Assembly: GCA_050175015.1 (NCBI GenBank)
Contig: JBFXJJ010000008.1
Span: 47,036 to 111,035, forward strand
Reading direction: 5' to 3'
Source: Alphaproteobacteria bacterium
Lineage (GTDB): Bacteria > Pseudomonadota > Alphaproteobacteria > JBFXJJ01
Length of the DNA stretch: 64,000 bases
The notes beneath the pieces are model-generated. The model made no database searches. It saw only the letters and a list, made by a program, of their open reading frames with translations, and was not told where the DNA came from. The translations under genes were made by a program, and so were the position numbers. This document shows, one piece after another, positions 20,398 through 29,946 of this stretch. The number at the start of each line of letters is the position of its first letter. The stretch's first letter is position 1.

Positions 20398-20580
20398 TTA
20401 TTTGTTTTTTTGATTTATTTCTTTTTCTAACTCTTCAAATTCTTCAGGGTCGGCATAGGCAATCTTGCCGTCTCGCCAGACAACAAGTTTTGTGCCAGTT
20501 TGTTTGGCAATTTTGATAGCCTCTAAACCGCCAGCTTTTATACCTTCAAGAATTTTATCAGTATTAATTACATCTAACAT
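20398..20580 (-). CDS. Small putative antitoxin partner of zeta-like kinase
   Basis: 60 aa, LVVWRDGKI motif, 3 bp after kinase stop. Confidence 0.6.
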   Translation of the reverse strand: MLDVINTDKILEGIKAGGLEAIKIAKQTGTKLVVWRDGKIAYADPEEFEELEKEINQKNK

Positions 20581-20583
20581 AGT

Positions 20584-21171
20584 TTAAATCTCGCTTTCTT
20601 TAAGGATATTATCCCATATTTCTTTATTATAAACAATAATTTCGTTCTTTTCCTTCTTTGCTATCAGCTTGCCAGAATGAGGATCAACATTGTTATAAAT
20701 TAAAGCCTTATCGGCAATAGGCAGATAATGATTGATAAGGTTTACAAAGCCTCTTTTATATCTGCGGATAATATCTTGTTTAGGTATATCGTGTCCGCCT
20801 TGTGAGACTCTTATTTTTACTCGTTCAATTGCCATATCAGAGGAAGGCAACCATAAAAAGATAAGTCCTATGGTATAACCACCTTCTTTAGCTTTTTTTA
20901 ACTTGTCAAAAAAGGTTAGGCTTGAGCAGGTAGTTTCAAAAGCAAAGCTCTTTTTTGAAGCCATAAGACTGTCTATGCGGTTTAACATAAGTTTGCCTGC
21001 GGTTATGGCTTGCCCTTTGGGGTTAAGGGGATTTAAACCTCTTGCTATTTCATCGGCGTTTATAAATTCATACATCGATAAAAACTTGGGAAGAAGAGTC
21101 ATTGCGGTTGTGGTTTTGCCCGAACCGTTTGCCCCTGAAATCATGTAAATTGTTGGATTTTCATCTTTCAT
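20584..21171 (-). CDS. Zeta-toxin-like P-loop kinase
   Basis: GANGSGKTT, FINADEIA, FAFETT, RV..RV.QGGHDIP. Confidence 0.85.
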   Translation of the reverse strand: MKDENPTIYMISGANGSGKTTTAMTLLPKFLSMYEFINADEIARGLNPLNPKGQAITAGKLMLNRIDSLMASKKSFAFETTCSSLTFFDKLKKAKEGGYTIGLIFLWLPSSDMAIERVKIRVSQGGHDIPKQDIIRRYKRGFVNLINHYLPIADKALIYNNVDPHSGKLIAKKEKNEIIVYNKEIWDNILKESEI

Positions 21172-21174
21172 AAA

Positions 21175-24100
21175 TTAAACCTCACTCTCTTTATCTTTTT
21201 CAGTATCTGCTTCAATCACAGCTTTTATGTCTGCAATATGTTTTTTGGTAAAATATATTTTCATATCTTTATCAGCTAAAACTACTTCAAGTTCATTTCC
21301 TTCAATTTCTTTAAACATTTCCAATATCAAATCATCAGAATCGTTTGCATGACAGAACATGGCTGAGTGATTAGGACAAAGAGCTAAATAATTTTGATAA
21401 TGTCTTTTTTCTAAATCACTTCTTAAAAATTCGGTGGTCTCAAAATAGTAATTCCCATCTTTTAATTTAAAAGGCAATTCCTTTTGGCATATTTGACATA
21501 TCATTTTGCCGTCTGGGTTTGTGTATTGACTGATTAAATAATTTTTTGCTTCTTTTTTTACATCTTCACGGTTTGTTGATACTGAGCGAGTTCTTTTTTC
21601 GAATGTCCTTTCTGGGGCACTAGAGGCTTGTGCTCTAACTCTTTCTCTTCTTCTTTCTGGGTTTAATGGCTCATCTTCTGGTAATTCAAAATTATCATCT
21701 TCTTCTTTTTCGGCTAAAATTCTTTCTTGTTCTTCTTCAGGTAATTCTGCAAAACGTCTCGCTCTTTCGGCTGAAGCAATATCTTTAAAACCTAGTTTTT
21801 TGGCGGCTTCTTCTTTCTCCTTTTTTTGTTCTAGTAATTTTAGTTTTTCTTCTATTTGTTTTTTTGATTTTTCTTCTTCTTCTAATTCTTCTTTTGTCGG
21901 CTCTCTTTTTGCGTTAAAGCCAAAATTTATAGCAAGCAAAAAGTTGTCGCCTTTATCATAAGAAAAGCCCTTTGGCAGCAAATCGCTAAAAGCCTTGTTT
22001 GGGGTTACAAAACTTATTTCTTTTGTTTCATTTTCTTGAGGTATCCATTCATTATTTTTAAGCACTTTGATTAGGGTTGATTCTGCCATTCTTGGATCTA
22101 CTGAACCATTGGGCTTATAAGATGCTTCAACTATATTTTGATACCACCAGTAATCTTTAGAAAATGACGAGTCATTATTTTTAAGCGTATTCCATATTAG
22201 TTTAGAAACATTAATCTCTTTTTCTCCTAATACCTTTTCAAGATTGGGAATATGCCAGTCTTGAAAAGATTCATAATCTGTTACTCGTCCAGAACAAGAC
22301 CAAACCAAGTTCCGTTGAAGACTTTTATCTTCTTGTTTTTCTATTGCTAGTTCAGTTTTAACACCCACATTTTTAAAAAAATCAACAAGTTTTTCTTTTT
22401 CAATTTTAAGCTTTAAATATTTATTGGATATTTTATGCAAATTATGACCTTCAAATGCAGAATAAAAAGCACTTAAGTTTGTTTCTTCATACGGGCTATC
22501 AATATATAATTGCTCAATTTTTCTCCACTTACCATTTTCACAAAGAATAATATAAGACTCTTCAAATAAATCGGTTTCATCAGGATTTTTTTCTAAAAAA
22601 TCAATAAAAATTTTAATGTCTTCAATTTTGGAAAATCTATTGCCAATCCAATACCGTTCTTTTAAAAAACACTCTATATATTCTTTCTCTCCAAACTCTC
22701 TAACGCCCATTTTTTCTAAAAATAATTTGGCATTTTTTTGCTCTGCTTGGTTTTTTCCTAAAGAATATGTTTTAGGTTCAACTGTTGGGTAAGTATTTTG
22801 TTTTCTTTCTTCATTATAAAAAAAGCATTCATTTTCCGAGTTAAAATTACCATCAGTTAATTTTATAATTTTGCATTTTTTAAGTTGCCATAAACTTGAA
22901 TAGTCTTTTTCTACTATTTCATATAAAAAAGCATAAAAGTTTTGAAGCCATTCGTTAGTTTTTTTGCTTAGCCATTCTTTTGAAGTTTCTTCAATTTCAT
23001 TTTTTGTATACTTTGCAGTCAAAGTTTTTATTAAATCTTCTTTATCCCATTTCTTTATTTGTAAGCTATTAAGAAACTTATCAGCATTATCACTTCTCTG
23101 CCGTGATGACATAACCCATAAAGGAGGCTGTTCATCATAATCAAAAAGAAATTCCATATCCTCATTGGATAGCAAATCCTTTAATTTTCGATCTCCTTGC
23201 AATAAATATTTAGCAGGATAATGTGTTCGACAAAATGTGGGAGTTAATGCTTCATTGTTCATTTTATCAATTATTTTTTCTCTGATTACTTCGTATTTAT
23301 CAGAAATGTCGTCATCTCCATTAGGTAAAACATTTAAGAAATCGGTGTTCAAAAGATTTAAATCTTTGATTCTATGTAATGATTGAGCGGTTAAATCAGC
23401 TAATTGTTCATATAAGGAATCGTTTGCAGGGGTGTTTTTAATACTTGCTCTGCTTAATTCGGGAACAAATGGTGCGTGGAGATGGAATCTTAATCCAGAT
23501 ATTTCTTTTTTAGCAGGGAAGAAAACGGAAACATTGGCAGGCTCGGCAACAACAATTTTCACTTGATTTGATAAATCGTTATTAGCGTTAAATTCTTTTA
23601 CCCCAGCTAAAAAATCAAGCGGAAAAGCAATGGCAACTTTTTGTTTTTCTAAACCTTTGACTGGAGCATCAAACTTTAGAAAATGTGAGCTTTCAGTGGT
23701 TTTACCATTTATTTGTTTTAGAATTTCAATATGGTTTGGAGAGTGTTTTGTTCTTAAAACTTCACCAGATGTTTCTGATAAAATTTTCCAGCTAATTGTT
23801 TCAATGTTATTTAAGAATAGCAAAGTTGTTTCTTCAAGCTCGTTTAGCCCATCCTTGATTTCTTCAAAAGCATCTTCTTGGCTTTTTTTGTGATTATTAA
23901 ATGGAAATTCAAATTTGGTTTTTTTTGAATTAATAGGACTTAATTCAAAAGGTAAAACCAAATCTGTTATTTTAAAGGAAAATGTAGGAGACCATATATG
24001 AGGTGTTTCAGAGTATGCAAAAACAGCTTTAAATCCTATTCCAAATCTTCCTATTTTGTCGTTGTCATCTGCCTTTGTTCCTTCGCCAATATCTGTAATT

Positions 24101-24339
24101 GCAAGAATATCTTTCTCATCAAAAGGTCTGCCGTTGTGTTCGAATATCAGTTTGTTATTATGTAATGTAAAAGTTACGTCTTTAGCTTCGGCATCTTCTG
24201 CATTTTGCAATAGTTCGTATATAAAATGAGCACTATCTGGGTATAAGTCTTCAACGATTTTTCTTATACCAGTGTGTTTTTTCAAAACCCGAGCTAATTC
24301 GTCTCGTTCCTCAACTCTTATTTTTTCTATGATATTCAT
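21175..24339 (-). CDS. Sacsin-like GHKL ATPase with C-terminal degenerate HNH-like domain (HmaC-like)
   Basis: ELLQNAEDA, HNGRPF, IGRFGIGFKAVF; CQIC...NYLALCPNH; start MNIIEK 1 nt after helicase stop. Confidence 0.75.
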   Translation of the reverse strand: MNIIEKIRVEERDELARVLKKHTGIRKIVEDLYPDSAHFIYELLQNAEDAEAKDVTFTLHNNKLIFEHNGRPFDEKDILAITDIGEGTKADDNDKIGRFGIGFKAVFAYSETPHIWSPTFSFKITDLVLPFELSPINSKKTKFEFPFNNHKKSQEDAFEEIKDGLNELEETTLLFLNNIETISWKILSETSGEVLRTKHSPNHIEILKQINGKTTESSHFLKFDAPVKGLEKQKVAIAFPLDFLAGVKEFNANNDLSNQVKIVVAEPANVSVFFPAKKEISGLRFHLHAPFVPELSRASIKNTPANDSLYEQLADLTAQSLHRIKDLNLLNTDFLNVLPNGDDDISDKYEVIREKIIDKMNNEALTPTFCRTHYPAKYLLQGDRKLKDLLSNEDMEFLFDYDEQPPLWVMSSRQRSDNADKFLNSLQIKKWDKEDLIKTLTAKYTKNEIEETSKEWLSKKTNEWLQNFYAFLYEIVEKDYSSLWQLKKCKIIKLTDGNFNSENECFFYNEERKQNTYPTVEPKTYSLGKNQAEQKNAKLFLEKMGVREFGEKEYIECFLKERYWIGNRFSKIEDIKIFIDFLEKNPDETDLFEESYIILCENGKWRKIEQLYIDSPYEETNLSAFYSAFEGHNLHKISNKYLKLKIEKEKLVDFFKNVGVKTELAIEKQEDKSLQRNLVWSCSGRVTDYESFQDWHIPNLEKVLGEKEINVSKLIWNTLKNNDSSFSKDYWWYQNIVEASYKPNGSVDPRMAESTLIKVLKNNEWIPQENETKEISFVTPNKAFSDLLPKGFSYDKGDNFLLAINFGFNAKREPTKEELEEEEKSKKQIEEKLKLLEQKKEKEEAAKKLGFKDIASAERARRFAELPEEEQERILAEKEEDDNFELPEDEPLNPERRRERVRAQASSAPERTFEKRTRSVSTNREDVKKEAKNYLISQYTNPDGKMICQICQKELPFKLKDGNYYFETTEFLRSDLEKRHYQNYLALCPNHSAMFCHANDSDDLILEMFKEIEGNELEVVLADKDMKIYFTKKHIADIKAVIEADTEKDKESEV

Positions 24340-24340
24340 T

Positions 24341-27300
24341 TTACATTTTTCCCGAAACTTCAATAACTCCAAAAATTATAGGAGTTGCTCTTATGTCCCC
24401 GCTATTTGAAGTCTGCTCAAGCTCTTTCATTCTTCTATCAAAATCTGCATTTGCTCGTGCTAACTCTGCTTCTTTCATAATCTTAATTTTATCGTTATTT
24501 GCCTTTTCTAGCTGGGCTTCTATCGTTTTACATCTTGCCCTGTGGCTAATGGTTAGGCTTTGCATTTTATGTTCAACCAGCTCTTTGTTTAAAGAAAAAT
24601 GTTCGTTTTTCTTTTCTAACCATTTTTGATAATGTAGGTCTTCAAGTTTGTTTAAAATGCTCTCGTTCAATTCCAACTTAATATCAGCATTTCTTGCTTG
24701 AGAAATTATGTTTAATAGTCTTTGTTCTAGAGCAATGTCATCGGTAATAGAAACTAGCATTTCTTCGTTTTTAATGCCTGATTTTAACCATTTGTATATG
24801 GCAAAATAGTATGTTCCTGATTTTAAGTCGGCATCTTCTAAAGCTAATTTAGTTTTTTTGATTTCTTTGATTTCAAAGAATTTTGCTGATTGTTTTATTA
24901 ATGGGTGAAAAACTGATAAATAAACAATGTCTGGGTTGTCTTTGGCTATTTCTTGTTCAAATGTTATAGAAAGACTAGGCTTGTTTCCCTTAAGCCATTT
25001 TTCCCATTCTCTATGCTGTGGATCGTTAGAGTTATATATGGCTTTTAAATCACTTAACAATAAATCTCTGGCTTCTTGGCTTAATTTAAGATTTTTAATA
25101 TCTTTTTCTCCAGAAATATGATTGTCTTCGTTTTTTAATTTATTGCATAAATAGCTATTCAAACAGTTTTGTAAATAATTGGGAGATAAGAAAGAATTTT
25201 CAGCATCATCTAAGTCGTTTTGCCAAGAACTTTTAGGGATATTTAAGCCAAAAAACTCTGATTGTTTTTCTTCCAAATTTTGCTCTTCTTGGATAAGTCT
25301 GATCTTATTATCTGCTAGCTGTTGTAACCTGTTTTTTCTTTCCTCATCACTTAAATTAAAGTTTTCTGCAATTTCCTTAATTTCTTGGTTTATTTCGCCA
25401 AGAATTTCTTCATTACCGCCGACTGTAGATTGAAAAACGCCTATACGCCATAAGCATCTTTCATATATATCACCATCTACGGTATTGGGAGTTACTAAAT
25501 TAATGATGGCAACGGTTTCACTTTTCTGCCCATATCTATCAATACGACCTATTCTTTGTTCTATACGCATAGGATTCCAAGGCAAGTCATAGTTAATTAG
25601 TAAATCACAAAATTGGAAATCTAAACCCTCACAGCCAACCTCAGATGATAACAAAACATCTATGGCATTTTCATTTTCTTTAGGCATAGAAAACCGTTTT
25701 CTTAAGTCTGCTCGGTCTTCGTCTTTTATATCTCCATGAATTAAAGCAACCCTGATATTGGCTTTTTTTGTTTTTTCATAAAGATAATTTAATGTGTGCC
25801 TGAATGTGCTGAAAACCATAGCCTTGTTGTTTTCAAGGTTGTGTTTATCTAATAGGACTTTTATAAAAGCCTCAGCTTTTGGATCATAAGGGTCTAATGT
25901 TTTGGCATCTTCTATTATTTTTGAAATATCGGTTTTTATCTCATCTATAAAGTCGTTGTTATATAAAAAATCCTCATATTCATCGTTGGCATAGTTATCA
26001 CCGTCTAACAAGCTAAGTCTTTTGTTTAAAATATCCGATAGCGTAGGGACAAGAGCGTAAATACAACTTGAGGCTTGTCTTCGTATTGTTGTCATTAAAA
26101 ACTTAACGAAACGTTCTCCGTGATAATAAGCTAAAATCTTTCCAACAATTTCAAGCAATTTATCGTGAAGATATTTTTGGTCTTTTGTAAACTCAACTAT
26201 AATAGTTTCAGGTTTTCTTGTGGTGAAATTTCCAATATCCCTTCTTCTTGTTCTGTTTATGATGGAACTGAAAGTGTAAATTTCTTCAAGATTCTTAATG
26301 GTTTTTATTCGTTCGTTATCAAGTATCTTATGTTCTTTCAAGCCATCATATGTTTTTTGAAACAAAGGGTTCTCTCTTATAAACATTCTGCCCCATTCAG
26401 TATTAGCAACACTTTCAAGTGCAACAATAGCTTCTTTGTTCCAATCTTTGTTAGCTGTTCTGCAACAGCTTATAGCTTTGTTAATGAAAATATTGGGGGC
26501 TGCCATTTGAGAAAAGCTGTTTTTATCTATAACTAGGTCTGGTCTTAAGACGTTTAGCAAAGTAAAGAGGTCTTCACTGCCGAGTTGAACAGGGGTTGCA
26601 GTTAAAAGTAAAACAGCTTGAGCGTTATCACATAAAAAACGAACGCCATTATGTAGCAAAGTGTTCTGGTTTCTAATATGATGAGCTTCATCAACAATTA
26701 CTAAATCAAATTTAGGTGGAGGATCAAGTTCTAACAAACCATAATCTTTGCTTTTGCCTCGGCCTTGTTTGCCAAACAGGTTGTCTGAATCAAAAAGAGA
26801 GAAAGGCATAATTGCTTTAGAATATTTATGAGGCCATTCGCCTTCTAAATAAGTTTCTTGAATACAGCTTCTTAACAAAGAACCATCTATAGAAGAAAAA
26901 TCTTCATTAAAACGCTTCATTTCTATTTGCCACTTTTTCTCTGCCACAAGGGCTTTTGGACACATAACTAAAATAGAAGATATATCCATTCTTGCTTGTA
27001 ATTCTTTGATAATTAAACCAGCCTCAATTGTTTTACCAACACCCACCTCATCAGCAATTAATATGCGAGGTCTATCACTGCGAATCAACTTCATAACAGG
27101 TCTATATTGGTATGGAACAAAATTTACTCTGCCCATTCTAAGAGAAAATAGCTCTTTAAAAGATGGGGATAATATTTGAGAGCTTGTGAGATATGCCTCT
27201 AATTCTTTTTTGTTGATAATTTCAGATTTAATTTCTGGTAAGTTTTTAGATTGAAGTTGGCTTTCATAATATGTTGCTATGGTATTGTTTTGAAAAACCT

Positions 27301-27901
27301 TATATCGTTTTTCTACGCCATCTATTATTTCTATAATTGGAAAAACTGAATTTTCATCTGAACGCAAACAAACAACATCACCCACTCTAAATAAAGAAAC
27401 TTGTTTTTTTTCAAGATTATTGTTTGTCGGACTATCTTCGGCAGAAACTGAATTTTTCAATTCTTTTTGTTGCATTTCTGCAAGAGATTTTTGCTTGGTA
27501 TCATTTATTATTTTTATGGTTTCATTTTTAGAGCCTAACGTTTTTAATAGTCTTTCAAGCGTGTCTGCATCTCTATAAAGTTCATTGGCAGGAACATCTT
27601 CAGATGATAAATGAGCCCACTTGTTTCTGACATTTTGCAACTCTTTTAGCCAATTTCTAGCCTCTCTTGGTAAATTGATGATAGATGTAATCTCATACCA
27701 GTTTTGATCTAAAATTCTTAACAATGCAGCAAAGTCTAGCTGTTCAAGACTTTTTACATTTTTTTCCCTTATTATTCGTTGTTGCTGAAAACTAAGTCTT
27801 TCGATAACGCTTTTTTCCCACCAGTTAGAATCTGTTTTGGGTAGAATGTCATTTAAAAAAACGGTTAGGTCTTTAGTTGCTAAAGAAATTAAATCAATCA
27901 A
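24341..27901 (-). CDS. Swt1-like HEPN plus SNF2/RapA-type helicase (HmaA-like)
   Basis: LDFAALL..RNKWAH (RxxxxH); ADEVGVGKT, DEAHH, LTATP, EQRIGRIDRYGQ; AGGAG before TTG. Confidence 0.8.
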   Translation of the reverse strand: MIDLISLATKDLTVFLNDILPKTDSNWWEKSVIERLSFQQQRIIREKNVKSLEQLDFAALLRILDQNWYEITSIINLPREARNWLKELQNVRNKWAHLSSEDVPANELYRDADTLERLLKTLGSKNETIKIINDTKQKSLAEMQQKELKNSVSAEDSPTNNNLEKKQVSLFRVGDVVCLRSDENSVFPIIEIIDGVEKRYKVFQNNTIATYYESQLQSKNLPEIKSEIINKKELEAYLTSSQILSPSFKELFSLRMGRVNFVPYQYRPVMKLIRSDRPRILIADEVGVGKTIEAGLIIKELQARMDISSILVMCPKALVAEKKWQIEMKRFNEDFSSIDGSLLRSCIQETYLEGEWPHKYSKAIMPFSLFDSDNLFGKQGRGKSKDYGLLELDPPPKFDLVIVDEAHHIRNQNTLLHNGVRFLCDNAQAVLLLTATPVQLGSEDLFTLLNVLRPDLVIDKNSFSQMAAPNIFINKAISCCRTANKDWNKEAIVALESVANTEWGRMFIRENPLFQKTYDGLKEHKILDNERIKTIKNLEEIYTFSSIINRTRRRDIGNFTTRKPETIIVEFTKDQKYLHDKLLEIVGKILAYYHGERFVKFLMTTIRRQASSCIYALVPTLSDILNKRLSLLDGDNYANDEYEDFLYNNDFIDEIKTDISKIIEDAKTLDPYDPKAEAFIKVLLDKHNLENNKAMVFSTFRHTLNYLYEKTKKANIRVALIHGDIKDEDRADLRKRFSMPKENENAIDVLLSSEVGCEGLDFQFCDLLINYDLPWNPMRIEQRIGRIDRYGQKSETVAIINLVTPNTVDGDIYERCLWRIGVFQSTVGGNEEILGEINQEIKEIAENFNLSDEERKNRLQQLADNKIRLIQEEQNLEEKQSEFFGLNIPKSSWQNDLDDAENSFLSPNYLQNCLNSYLCNKLKNEDNHISGEKDIKNLKLSQEARDLLLSDLKAIYNSNDPQHREWEKWLKGNKPSLSITFEQEIAKDNPDIVYLSVFHPLIKQSAKFFEIKEIKKTKLALEDADLKSGTYYFAIYKWLKSGIKNEEMLVSITDDIALEQRLLNIISQARNADIKLELNESILNKLEDLHYQKWLEKKNEHFSLNKELVEHKMQSLTISHRARCKTIEAQLEKANNDKIKIMKEAELARANADFDRRMKELEQTSNSGDIRATPIIFGVIEVSGKM

Positions 27902-27995
27902 AAGATTCTCCTTAACTCAACATAAATTTAAAATATCGAACCAAAATTATAATAGTTATATTAAGTTTTAAAGTCGATATTTTTACTAAAATAAA

Positions 27996-28077
27996 TCGTT
28001 GAGCAATAAAGTTGCGAATAATGATTTTCCCATTAGGGCAGGATTAAAGTAGTATTACTTTTACTATCCTGCCTTCT
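27996..28077 (+). other. Putative MOBP oriT copy 2
   Basis: TAAAGTAGTATTACTTTT (28045-28062) then ACTATCCTG^CC, matching the YATCCTG^Y nic consensus. Confidence 0.7.
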
Positions 28078-28187
28078 AAAAGTGTGAGAAATTTTGAGAC
28101 ATTATAAAAATTGATAAATTTTAAAAAAGCCTTTGTTTTCTAGGTATTTAAAGCGTTAAATATTCAAAACTGATTAATAAGGGCATC

Positions 28188-28320
28188 AAAATGTCTCAAG
28201 AGTCTTGAAAAGTCTTAATAATTCTTAATTTTTCTTAAAAAATCTTAAAATTTCTTAAAGTGTTTCAAAAAGTCCTAAAAATTCTTAAAAAATCTCAATT
28301 TGTTTCAAATGTCTTAAAGT
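28188..28320. repeat. Degenerate ~10-bp tandem repeat (aaaTCTTAAa)
   Basis: About a dozen units, e.g. aagtcttaat/aattcttaat/ttttcttaaa/aaatcttaaa/atttcttaaa. Confidence 0.7.
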
Positions 28321-28344
28321 TTTTGAATTTTCTCATCAATTTGG

Positions 28345-28410
28345 AGGGCAGGATAGTATCAGCAATATTGCTGATAAATTTTGAGGGCTTATTCGCCTTC
28401 AGCTCAACGA
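28345..28410 (-). other. Putative MOBP oriT copy 3 (inverted)
   Basis: Perfect palindrome ATCAGCAATATTGCTGAT (28358-28375) then ACTATCCTG^CC on minus strand. Confidence 0.7.
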
Positions 28411-28556
28411 TAAAAACCTACGGGACACTGTAGGGACACTTTTTTATAAAAACGGGTAAAAATGGGCAAAAAATGACAATCTCTCTTTTTTCACAAGAGC
28501 TTGGTTTTCTTATTGTTTTTGATTGTAAGCGGTTGATATTATTGTCTTTTTGAGAA

Positions 28557-28601
28557 CTCCGAAGCCGAAGGTCGCAGGTTCGAATCCTGTCGAGTGCGCC
28601 A
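28557..28601 (+). mobile_element. att site: 3' half of tRNA-Arg(CCG)
   Basis: CTCCGAAGCCGAAGGTCGCAGGTTCGAATCCTGTCGAGTGCGCCA; no 5' half; GGGACACT twice at 28422 and 28433 as arm-like sites. Confidence 0.85.
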
Positions 28602-28699
28602 CTTAATATTTGGGGGGTTTAAAGCGAGCAGTTATTTAATATTTTTAAATTGTGAGCTTAGGCAGCGACCAGCTTTAGAGCAGGCTTAAAATGTTCTAT

Positions 28700-29941
28700 T
28701 TAAATGGCAAACGTTTTAAAAACTACTGCAAAACTTTCAGCAACAGCATTCAAGAATTCATCGGTTGAAGCATATTCGTCACGTTTTGGATTAGAATTGC
28801 CTGTAATTGCTATTCTTAAATCCTTAGTCATAGTGCCATCTTCAATGGTTTTTATACAGGTGCTTTCCAGTTTTTCTGCAAAATTGCATAGTTCTTGATT
28901 GCTATCTAATTTTCCTCTATGGCTCAGAGCTGTTGTCCATGCAAAGATGCTTGCTATCGGATTTGTACTTGTTTCTTTGCCTTTCATATGTTCGCGGTAA
29001 TGCCTTGTTACAGTTCCGTGAGCGGCTTCGGCTTCAATAGTTTTGCCGTCAGGACAAACTAAAACTGATGTCATTAATCCTAAAGAACCAAAACCTTGGG
29101 CTATGGTGTCAGACTGTACGTCACCGTCATAATTTTTACATGCCCAGATAATACCACCGTCCCATTTTAAAACTTGGGCAACCATATCATCTATTAAGCG
29201 GTGTTCATAGGTTATGCCTGCGGTCTCAAATTTTTTAGAAAATTCCTTTTCATAAATGGAAGCAAAAATATCCTTAAAACGGCCATCATAAGTTTTAAGA
29301 ATGGTGTTTTTAGTGCTTAGATATAAAGGGTATTTAAGCTGCAAGGCATAATTCATACAGCTTCTGGCAAAATCAGCAATCGATTCATCAAAATTATACA
29401 TAGCCATAGCAACGCCGGCACCCTCAAATTCTGCTACGTCTAATTCTTGAGAACCGCTGTTGTCATCGGGTTCAAAAACCAGTTTTAATTTGCCTTTTTT
29501 ATTAATTATAGTTTCAGTTGCTTTATATTGATCTGCGTGGGCATGACGACCGACTACTATTGGCCGGCTCCAATTTTTAACGAGTTTTGGTATGTTCTTG
29601 CAAATTATAGGAGACCTGAAAACCGTTCCGCCCAAATAGTTTCTAATAGTGCCGTTAGGGCTTTTCCACATCTTTTGTAAGTTGAATTCCTTAACTCTGT
29701 CCTCATCGGGAGTAATGGTTGCACATTTAACGCCTACGTTGTGAGTTTTAATAGCAATCGCGGCATCAATAGTAACTTTGTCTTGAGTTCTATCTCGGTT
29801 TTGAATCGATAAGTCATAATATAAAAGATCAATATCTAAATAAGGATAGATAAGTTTTTCTTTGATTTTCTGCCAAATAATCCTTGTCATTTCGTCGCCG
29901 TCTAGTTCAACGACGGGATTAGCTACTTTAATTTTGTTCAT
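28700..29941 (-). CDS. icd: NADP-dependent isocitrate dehydrogenase
   Basis: [38 protein letters not shown]. Confidence 0.97.
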   Translation of the reverse strand: MNKIKVANPVVELDGDEMTRIIWQKIKEKLIYPYLDIDLLYYDLSIQNRDRTQDKVTIDAAIAIKTHNVGVKCATITPDEDRVKEFNLQKMWKSPNGTIRNYLGGTVFRSPIICKNIPKLVKNWSRPIVVGRHAHADQYKATETIINKKGKLKLVFEPDDNSGSQELDVAEFEGAGVAMAMYNFDESIADFARSCMNYALQLKYPLYLSTKNTILKTYDGRFKDIFASIYEKEFSKKFETAGITYEHRLIDDMVAQVLKWDGGIIWACKNYDGDVQSDTIAQGFGSLGLMTSVLVCPDGKTIEAEAAHGTVTRHYREHMKGKETSTNPIASIFAWTTALSHRGKLDSNQELCNFAEKLESTCIKTIEDGTMTKDLRIAITGNSNPKRDEYASTDEFLNAVAESFAVVFKTFAI

Positions 29942-29946
29942 ATTAT

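Larger units (their letters stand above)
19376..28601. mobile_element. Integrase-less defence cassette / island right end
   Basis: Bounded by two tRNA 3' fragments; five co-oriented genes and two oriT-like sites. Confidence 0.65.

Noticed and set aside
28188-28320. CRISPR or coding repeat
   Set aside because: 10-bp degenerate units without spacers; many stop codons
28557-28601. Functional tRNA-Arg
   Set aside because: 5' half absent; upstream is AT-rich arm sequence
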